From positions 1 to 51,495 of the IMG/VR virus record IMGVR_UViG_3300037423_000673: 51,495 bases of DNA. One strand, 5' to 3'. This DNA is from a virus (taxonomy: Duplodnaviria; Caudoviricetes). A program made the translations under genes and the position numbers. Within the stretch, counting starts at the first letter, position 1. Every line of letters starts with the position of its first letter. This document shows positions 45,754 through 51,495 of this stretch, in pieces. The notes beneath the pieces were generated by a model. It was not told the origin of the DNA, ran no database searches, and saw nothing but the letters and a program-made list of their open reading frames with translations.

Positions 45754-46308
45754 CTAATCCCATAATCGCCAATCTTTAAAATCTCCGGCACGTAAGTAAT
45801 TTCCGAAATTATCTTGGGATGGAAATCCATCAGGATGTGCTGCGTACACCTTTAAAACGATCCTGCAACTTCTGCATTTAACCTCTGTAGTATCTTTAGG
45901 TAAATAGTGATTGCCTCGATCATTGCATACATGACAATAATAATGACATAGATAAACCGTCTGACCATCTCGTTCTTTAGTACCTGACTTCCAAACTTCT
46001 ATATTCTCATTCTCTGTAGTATACACTTCTTGCATCTCAGTATTGTTTTGTAAAGTTTCGGACATTTCTTCTTTGATGTTTTCAATTGTTTTAGTTGACT
46101 GTGGCTCCTCACTTTGAACTTCCTCAAAGAAACCTTTGTATAGTTCCTCAATCCTAGAATAAGTTTTAGACACTTCTAGAATATCTGTAGATATACCAAA
46201 CAATTGGAATACGTTTTGAATGATCATTAGTTTACTTATATTGTCTGCATCGTTAATTTCTAAGTTTGCGGTTTTGTCGCCATCAACTATTTGTATTTTA
46301 ATTTGCAT
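45754..46308 (-). CDS. Hypothetical protein with C-terminal zinc ribbon
   Basis: YYCHVC...KCRSC. Confidence 0.7.
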   Translation of the reverse strand: MQIKIQIVDGDKTANLEINDADNISKLMIIQNVFQLFGISTDILEVSKTYSRIEELYKGFFEEVQSEEPQSTKTIENIKEEMSETLQNNTEMQEVYTTENENIEVWKSGTKERDGQTVYLCHYYCHVCNDRGNHYLPKDTTEVKCRSCRIVLKVYAAHPDGFPSQDNFGNYLRAGDFKDWRLWD

Positions 46309-46325
46309 AATTAGTCCTTTGTGTT

Positions 46326-47000
46326 TTATTCTAAGTTAAATTCAACTTTGACTGCTTGACCTAAAATACGCGCTTTCCTTTTGGGTACCAGTTTTGGTGC
46401 GTACCCTTGGGTGGCCTGAAGAAAAATCTTATCTTCCATATGAAAAACTCTTCTTAGCAACTTGTCACCTTTAAATGAAACCAATCCTATTTTACCATTC
46501 TCAATTTCGGAAACTACTTTTATTTGAACTTTGTAACCTTTTTTAATTCCTTCGCCTTCCATTGAACTATCGGTAACATCATAATAGAAAAAGTCATCTT
46601 CTTTTTTAACCCTTTTTTGATTTCTTCTACTACCTTCGATCCATATTCCATCTTCAGATACCTCATCCTTTAAAGCATATCGTTCTAGGAATATCCTTTC
46701 GCTCAAACCTTCAAGATTATATCTGTTATTCCTTTCGAAAATTCCTAAATAACTTTTTACTGACTCTTCTTCCACTGGAGAAAATCCTGCTAGTACTAAT
46801 AAATCCTCTTTATTCAAATCTAATGCGTCTGATAGCCTAATTAGTTTATCTTTAGAAGGTAAATACTTTCCTCTCTCTACAGCACTTATATAAGAGTATG
46901 TGATTTCAGTTTTCTCCCCTAATTGCCTAAGTGTATATGCTTTCTTTTCTCTGGCCTCTTTTAAAATTTTACCTAACTCAATTTGTGTTGACTCAGTCAT
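46326..47000 (-). CDS. XRE-HTH + degenerate S24 (LexA/CI-like) regulator
   Basis: N-terminal HTH; C-terminal VTDSSM...ENGKIGLV...LLRR...ILGQAV. Confidence 0.8.
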   Translation of the reverse strand: MTESTQIELGKILKEAREKKAYTLRQLGEKTEITYSYISAVERGKYLPSKDKLIRLSDALDLNKEDLLVLAGFSPVEEESVKSYLGIFERNNRYNLEGLSERIFLERYALKDEVSEDGIWIEGSRRNQKRVKKEDDFFYYDVTDSSMEGEGIKKGYKVQIKVVSEIENGKIGLVSFKGDKLLRRVFHMEDKIFLQATQGYAPKLVPKRKARILGQAVKVEFNLE

Positions 47001-47074
47001 TTAATTCACCACCATTGTTCAAGGTGTTTGTTTTGTTGTTTTGCACATTTGTAAGGCATGTTGTTAAAAATTAT

Positions 47075-47178
47075 TTGACAGAATTACAAGCCTATCGTAT
47101 AGTTTAATTGTAGTCAAACTGCACAGGAATTACAAGATAAACAATACATATTACACAAAACTGAGGAGGAATTATAAG
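47075..47178 (+). promoter_or_regulatory. Promoter TTGACA-17-TATAGT with GAATTAYAAG repeats
   Basis: GAATTACAAG at 47081 and 47127, GAATTATAAG at 47169. Confidence 0.7.
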
Positions 47179-47378
47179 TGGAAGTGTACGGGACAATTAC
47201 TATGCCTATTTCAATTAAGGTTGATGCTACGAATCATGATGAGGCTTTAAGAAAAGTTTATGAGTTGATTAGCGACTTAAATTTAAATATTACTGGGCTT
47301 GATTTGCCAACTGTTTCGGGGAAAATACATAAAGTTAATGTGCATGATCATAACATAACTTGGGATGAAGCATTTTAA
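47178..47378 (+). CDS. Hypothetical protein divergent from the LexA-like gene
   Basis: RBS GAGGAGG, own promoter and terminator. Confidence 0.75.
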   Translation: MEVYGTITMPISIKVDATNHDEALRKVYELISDLNLNITGLDLPTVSGKIHKVNVHDHNITWDEAF

Positions 47379-47407
47379 AAACCTCCAATCGTGGAGGTTT
47401 TATTTTT
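47376..47407. terminator. Bidirectional terminator
   Basis: AAAAACCTCCA-AT-CGTGGAGGTTTTT hairpin between convergent genes. Confidence 0.8.
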
Positions 47408-47434
47408 ATGTCTATAAATTAAATCTTTATTTGT

Positions 47435-47851
47435 TTAAAACAATAATTCATTTAAAGCTTTATTGTATTTTTTAACTCGCTCAATGTCCTTTTCGGTTGG
47501 ATTTTTGATTCTAGAAAGATCCTTATTATCATCAATGTCTGCCATTTTTACCAACCTTGCTAAGTCATTCTTTTTAATTCTTCTAATGAACTCCACATAT
47601 GTTTCGTCGTCACGTCTTGTTAAATGTTTAATGGCTTCAATAATTTCATCTGAGAAACCTTCATCTTTTAAATTATCAAAAGAAATATTAGAGTCTTCAA
47701 CAACATCGTGCAACATAGCAACAATCCTAGATTCTTCGCTAGACATAGACAGCATTAATCTTAATGGATGTAAAATGTAAGGATTTCCACCCTTATCTAA
47801 TTGACCACTATGAGCATTTGTTGCAATTATTATCGCTTTATCTAAATTCAT
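47435..47851 (-). CDS. Small HD-domain hydrolase (Mesh1/(p)ppGpp hydrolase-like)
   Basis: AHSGQLDKGGNPYILHP, LHDVVED, VKMADIDDN. Confidence 0.85.
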   Translation of the reverse strand: MNLDKAIIIATNAHSGQLDKGGNPYILHPLRLMLSMSSEESRIVAMLHDVVEDSNISFDNLKDEGFSDEIIEAIKHLTRRDDETYVEFIRRIKKNDLARLVKMADIDDNKDLSRIKNPTEKDIERVKKYNKALNELLF

Positions 47852-47877
47852 TATTTACCTCCTATAAACTGAACCTT

Positions 47878-48078
47878 TTAATGTGTATTAAACTTTACCC
47901 ACATTTCTTCTCCGTTATTTTCATTAATACCCAGAAGTTTTTCCAGCGAACTCCATATTACATATCGACCGTTGATAGAAGCAGTGAATATTTCCTCTTG
48001 TATCTCAACATTTTCACTTTCTCCAACAATCCATTTTAAACCACTTTGGTCAATATATTGTCCTCTAAATTTCATCAT
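47878..48078 (-). CDS. Hypothetical protein (YopX-like N-terminus)
   Basis: MKFRG...W.VG; RBS AAGGAGG. Confidence 0.6.
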   Translation of the reverse strand: MMKFRGQYIDQSGLKWIVGESENVEIQEEIFTASINGRYVIWSSLEKLLGINENNGEEMWVKFNTH

Positions 48079-48117
48079 CTTTCCTCCTTATCCTCTATCA
48101 TAAAACAACTCTTTTAT

Positions 48118-48249
48118 TTAAATTTCAGCCTCAATTTCGTCAAACATTTCAATAAACAATTCATAACTTAAAACATAACATGGGTAAGATTCTGACTGTT
48201 CATCATATATCTTTTTAGTGTGGAATGACACTAATCTTTCACCTGTCAT
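48118..48249 (-). pseudogene. 43-codon ORF without RBS, bounded by two junction palindromes
   Basis: ATG overlaps the end of the 48249 site; no Shine-Dalgarno sequence upstream. Confidence 0.4.
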
Positions 48250-48274
48250 AAAATTAAGCTTTTAAACGAAAATA

Positions 48275-48532
48275 TCACTCATAATATCCATCATAAAAAG
48301 AAATCCTAAACAGTTCTGTAGTAATATAATCCTCTTCTTTTTCAGACCAAACGCTAATCCTTTTTATGACCATATCTGAATCCGAAAAATCAGATACTTT
48401 TAATAATTCATCTAATGAATCCAACTCAATTAACCAATCGTCATTTTCAAGAAAACTAAATTTCCCATTATTCTCATACGCACTTGGATGTGGTTTACCT
48501 TCTGTATACCTTGATTCGATTGCAAATATCAT
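48275..48532 (-). CDS. Hypothetical acidic protein
   Basis: RBS GGGGAG; W.IELDSLDELL...YDGYYE pattern. Confidence 0.7.
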   Translation of the reverse strand: MIFAIESRYTEGKPHPSAYENNGKFSFLENDDWLIELDSLDELLKVSDFSDSDMVIKRISVWSEKEEDYITTELFRISFYDGYYE

Positions 48533-48562
48533 TACTTTTCAACTCCCCATAAATTAGTCATT

Positions 48563-48730
48563 TTACTTCATCAAAATAATCTCTTTAATACTTCTTCTCT
48601 CCAACGGACTACCATTAAAATATATATACATTCTCTGGTTATCCATATCTTCTAATGCATGTATCAATTCTTGTTGTTCAACATCTTTTTCTAATTCAGA
48701 ATTATCCTTAAGAACCACCCTAATTTTCAT
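48563..48730 (-). CDS. 55-aa hypothetical protein
   Basis: RBS AAGGGGATGG; translated by hand; stop starts the 48550 palindrome on minus. Confidence 0.6.
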   Translation of the reverse strand: MKIRVVLKDNSELEKDVEQQELIHALEDMDNQRMYIYFNGSPLERRSIKEIILMK

Positions 48731-48798
48731 TTAACCATCCCCTTGGGTATATTTTACAATATTCAGTGATGTAAGACCATCCGGCTGTTTATATTTAC

Positions 48799-48841
48799 AT
48801 TATATTCTATATCATTTATTTTTACAACTGATAATTTTATA
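48799..48841 (-). promoter_or_regulatory. Promoter TTGTAA-17-TATAAT with upstream operator variant TATAAAATTATCAG
   Basis: Hexamers and operator read directly; preceded by terminator hairpin 48856-48876. Confidence 0.65.
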
Positions 48842-48891
48842 TTTATAAAAGAAAAGAATCTGCTATGCAGACTCTCGATCAAATTTTCCTT

Positions 48892-49392
48892 TTATGCCTT
48901 TTTACTTGCTAACTCTTCTACCAATGTTGTGAATGCGTTCTGATACTTATGCAATGAATTTCTTACTTCGTCCAATTCAATACGGCATTGTGTAAGTTCT
49001 TTCGATTTCTCTACAAAGTTTGATTTCCATTCTTGCACTTCTTCTTTCAACTTTTGAATCTCGCTCTCCATCGCAAAGTATTTATTATCTTGATCCATAT
49101 CCTCACTCTCCTTATAATCCCAATGTTTATAAACAACCTCTAAGTTATCCCTCTGACAGTTAAATTTATTTCCATCCTTATGTATTACTTCCCATTCTTT
49201 ACTCTTTGGTGGGTCTGCAATGAGCCTATGTAGCGTACCAGAACGCAAACCTAATTTCTTGCAATCTCTATCTTTAGGTATACATGATATGTGGCCTGCT
49301 TTATTTACTTTAAGACTATAATATGTATCAAACCAATAATGGTCTTTTTCGTCTAATTGGATTTGTGTATTGTTTTCTAATGTATAAATCAT
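48892..49392 (-). CDS. HNH-domain protein with C-terminal coiled coil
   Basis: LHRLI, HKDGNKFNCQRDNL. Confidence 0.7.
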   Translation of the reverse strand: MIYTLENNTQIQLDEKDHYWFDTYYSLKVNKAGHISCIPKDRDCKKLGLRSGTLHRLIADPPKSKEWEVIHKDGNKFNCQRDNLEVVYKHWDYKESEDMDQDNKYFAMESEIQKLKEEVQEWKSNFVEKSKELTQCRIELDEVRNSLHKYQNAFTTLVEELASKKA

Positions 49393-49709
49393 CTTTTCAA
49401 TCCCATTCGTATATCTATAATTTTATCATCCATTGTCACAGCATTAAATTCTTTAAATTCAACACCTTGGTCAATAAGTTTCATTATCTCGTAATTGATA
49501 TTATGACTTAGATAAAAATGTTCAACTGAGTTAGCCCATACAACAATTTCTCCGCCTTTTATATTTTTTTGTATGTATCGATTAGTAATTGCAGTGGTGA
49601 CGCCATCAGAAAATAAAACTTCTACTTCTCTATGTTCATATGGAATCTTGAAATCGAATAGAAATTTAGGTTTGGCAATAATCTTATCTCCAGATTTAAG
49701 CATGTTCAA
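49389..49709 (-). CDS. Hypothetical protein
   Basis: RBS AAGGAG. Confidence 0.6.
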   Translation of the reverse strand: MNMLKSGDKIIAKPKFLFDFKIPYEHREVEVLFSDGVTTAITNRYIQKNIKGGEIVVWANSVEHFYLSHNINYEIMKLIDQGVEFKEFNAVTMDDKIIDIRMGLKR

Positions 49710-49723
49710 TCTCCTTGTTTTAA

Positions 49724-49909
49724 TTAATTTTTAATATGTGCATAATATCCAACCGCGAACATTGTCAATCCAATCAATACAACCAACTGGCAAAAGAAAT
49801 CCGCAAATGCTTCAGGAATACTTGCTGCTTTCATATTCCATCCAAAAAACCATGTTTCTAATACGTTTAAAATAAATCCTATTGCAATTACAATTAAACC
49901 TTGAAACAT
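49724..49909 (-). CDS. Small two-TM membrane protein
   Basis: Hydrophobic; ETWFFGWN..A.S..E pattern. Confidence 0.65.
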   Translation of the reverse strand: MFQGLIVIAIGFILNVLETWFFGWNMKAASIPEAFADFFCQLVVLIGLTMFAVGYYAHIKN

Positions 49910-49919
49910 TTTTCTGCCC

Positions 49920-50129
49920 CTATCTAAAATTTTGTTTATTTTTAAGTTTAATTTCTAATACTCTAATTGCAGCCTTTAACTCATTTAATAACTCATATCC
50001 ATCTCCATCCCATTCTAACGACTGATGTTGTTTGTGATAAACTGGGAGACCATTGGATAATCTAATGGATACAATTGCTTGATTATCTTTGATACCGTGA
50101 TATTTAATTTTGTGTCGTTTTACTTGCAT
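49920..50129 (-). CDS. Hypothetical protein
   Basis: RBS AAGGAGG directly after a palindrome. Confidence 0.65.
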   Translation of the reverse strand: MQVKRHKIKYHGIKDNQAIVSIRLSNGLPVYHKQHQSLEWDGDGYELLNELKAAIRVLEIKLKNKQNFR

Positions 50130-50154
50130 TGGAACCTCCTTTAAAACTAAGGTT

Positions 50155-50391
50155 TTATTTTATGAAATGAATTTTATTTCCTTCAAATGGTGTATCAGAA
50201 CCAATACTTAAATGTTGACCAAAAATCCCCATCAACTCCCATAATGGAAACTTATAAAAACCATCCCATTCTTTCTTATGTGGGGCATCATGATGTGGCA
50301 TTCTAAATTGTTCATTGTACTCTTCTATAATTTTTTCTCCAAGTGGAGTTAGTTCAACGTAAACTTGCACGTTTATATTTGCTGAAAGCAT
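50155..50391 (-). CDS. Hypothetical phage protein
   Basis: NIN..V.VELT..G...LWELMGIFG pattern; flanked on both sides by palindromes. Confidence 0.75.
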   Translation of the reverse strand: MLSANINVQVYVELTPLGEKIIEEYNEQFRMPHHDAPHKKEWDGFYKFPLWELMGIFGQHLSIGSDTPFEGNKIHFIK

Positions 50392-50438
50392 TTATGTATC
50401 CTCCTTTAAAATCGGGCTTTTATATTTTAAAAAACTTT

Positions 50439-50663
50439 TCAAATACCTAGTTTCTTAATTTCTTCATGATAATTTTTCAACCGTTCAATCGTTTCATCGT
50501 CCCAATCGTATTCGTTCTTAAATTCTTCAAAACACTCATCATTCCATCCGCAGATGATTCCATAAATCCATGCAAGTCTAGGATGACCGCCCCAATCGTG
50601 AGGACTAAATACAATTGCATCATAGATTGATTCGATAATTTCTTTCAATAATTGTTTCTCCAT
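50439..50663 (-). CDS. Hypothetical protein
   Basis: RBS AAGGAG. Confidence 0.65.
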   Translation of the reverse strand: MEKQLLKEIIESIYDAIVFSPHDWGGHPRLAWIYGIICGWNDECFEEFKNEYDWDDETIERLKNYHEEIKKLGI

Positions 50664-50670
50664 ATTTTAG

Positions 50671-50811
50671 TTACTCCTTCCGATAGTCAATCGTATTATC
50701 TTCATTTACTTCCCAATAACAATTACTACAAAAACTTTCATGATCAACAGCCTCAAACAAACCAATCATTTTACCGCATCTTGGGCATTTTTCGGTTTTG
50801 TTTTCTTCCAA
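50671..50811 (-). CDS. 46-aa zinc-ribbon protein
   Basis: TTG start, RBS GGGGTG; CPRC...CSNC; translated by hand. Confidence 0.55.
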   Translation of the reverse strand: MEENKTEKCPRCGKMIGLFEAVDHESFCSNCYWEVNEDNTIDYRKE

Positions 50812-50837
50812 ATTAATCACCCCATAAAAACAATCAT

Positions 50838-51035
50838 TTAATCGTTGCCAATTTCTCTTTCTCTTCTAGTCATCATTTCCTCATATGTCATTCTAAGTTT
50901 GTCTTTCAGATTGTTAGGTATGTATTGCATTAATTCATCATATAGACTATCCATAATAACTTTATCTTCATTTAAGAGCCATTTAATCTTTTCATCTATA
51001 TTCTTATTTAACTTCTTATTTTTCCGCTTGCTCAT
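50838..51035 (-). CDS. Hypothetical protein
   Basis: ORF in array; stop starts the 50825 palindrome on minus. Confidence 0.6.
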   Translation of the reverse strand: MSKRKNKKLNKNIDEKIKWLLNEDKVIMDSLYDELMQYIPNNLKDKLRMTYEEMMTRREREIGND

Positions 51036-51312
51036 TTCCTGTCAACCTCAACCTGATAATATTGTACTTGATATGAGTATCTGGATACCTATCGTAAAAC
51101 TCTTGAATGTTATCATATAAAATATTTACATTATCGCCAATCCCAACAACCATTTGGCTGTCGGGAAACTCTCTGACTACAGCATATTTATATTTACCGT
51201 TACCATTTAATTGCTCTTTGAGTTGTTCATTTTCTTGTTCAAGTTGTTTTATACGTGCTGTCAGTTCTTTGGACATTGTTTTGTTGATACAGGAATTACA
51301 ATTACCGGACAT
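51016..51312 (-). CDS. Hypothetical coiled-coil protein
   Basis: RBS AGGAGG. Confidence 0.6.
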   Translation of the reverse strand: MSGNCNSCINKTMSKELTARIKQLEQENEQLKEQLNGNGKYKYAVVREFPDSQMVVGIGDNVNILYDNIQEFYDRYPDTHIKYNIIRLRLTGNEQAEK

Positions 51313-51328
51313 TTAGATGCCTCCTAAA

Positions 51329-51495
51329 TTACAAAAATTCATCATCTCTTCTAAACTCTCCGAAATATTCTTCTTCGGCTTTTAGTCTCACTTCTACTGC
51401 CTCTTCTTTTGTGTTAAACCTTCCTAAGTAAATACTTTTATTATTTACACCTATTGAAGCCATCCATTTGTTTGACTTTTTATCGAAGTATACTC
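51329..51495 (-). CDS. C-terminal AP2 domain of a probable HNH endonuclease (partial, runs off window)
   Basis: VYFDKKSNKWMASIGVNNKSIYLGRFNTKEEAV...EEEYFGEF. Confidence 0.75.
   Translation of the reverse strand, partial: VYFDKKSNKWMASIGVNNKSIYLGRFNTKEEAVEVRLKAEEEYFGEFRRDDEFL

Larger units (their letters stand above)
47865..50840. repeat. Cluster of TAAA-N8-TTTA palindromes at gene junctions (47865, 48101, 48249, 48550, 50142, 50407, 50825; near-match 48879)
   Basis: Each 16-mer read directly; all intergenic or overlapping a stop or start codon. Confidence 0.75.
1..51495. mobile_element. Segment of a large SPbeta-like temperate phage
   Basis: Lysis cassette, serine recombinase, SPbeta-like gene order (yorF-G-H-I-J-like replication block, yopQ/mrpR-like pair), many small ORFs, no host housekeeping genes. 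Confidence 0.9.

Noticed and set aside
7590-47429. Further near-matches to TAAA-N8-TTTA (7590, 11031, 16316, 47415)
   Set aside because: Mismatched arms or wrong spacing in very AT-rich gaps; not distinguishable from chance
1915-51316. Many ORF-track entries antisense to or nested in clear genes (e.g. 1915-2241, 4935-5513, 17843-18691, 25234-25671, 35871-36477, 45603-45830)
   Set aside because: Shadow frames opposite well-supported genes, with no RBS or recognisable motifs

Overview
The whole window is phage DNA from a large, AT-rich, SPbeta-like temperate phage of a spore-forming Bacillota host. Paenibacillaceae is a guess based on the stalk (Cu-amine-oxidase-N) domains. No host genes are visible. 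From left to right: the end of the late + strand arm (receptor-binding protein, an inserted primase-polymerase, and a lysis cassette with three holin-like genes, a GH25 endolysin and a subtilisin protease); a large serine recombinase with an extra HTH and a free zinc-ribbon partner; a long - strand arm (RecU, ThyX, thioredoxin, dUTPase, class II RNR, ClpP, many small genes, family B polymerase, Cas4-like nuclease, primase, helicase, AAA ATPase, probable SSB, SPFH/PspC); a regulatory block (alpha/beta hydrolase operon, XRE repressors, a PAS protein with an SOS box, MrpR-like repressor, DndB/YopQ-like protein, LexA-like protein); and an array of small genes. Three observations stand out. (1) A TAAA-N8-TTTA palindrome recurs at small-gene junctions, truncates one gene, and has two long versions with 10-bp-periodic arms, which suggests a gene-cassette recombination system. 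(2) An SOS-box/PAS/XRE/hydrolase module sits beside mrpR, and no arbitrium genes lie directly upstream of yopQ-mrpR. (3) A wall-targeted protease sits inside the lysis cassette. All calls come from reading motifs by eye; no searches were run.
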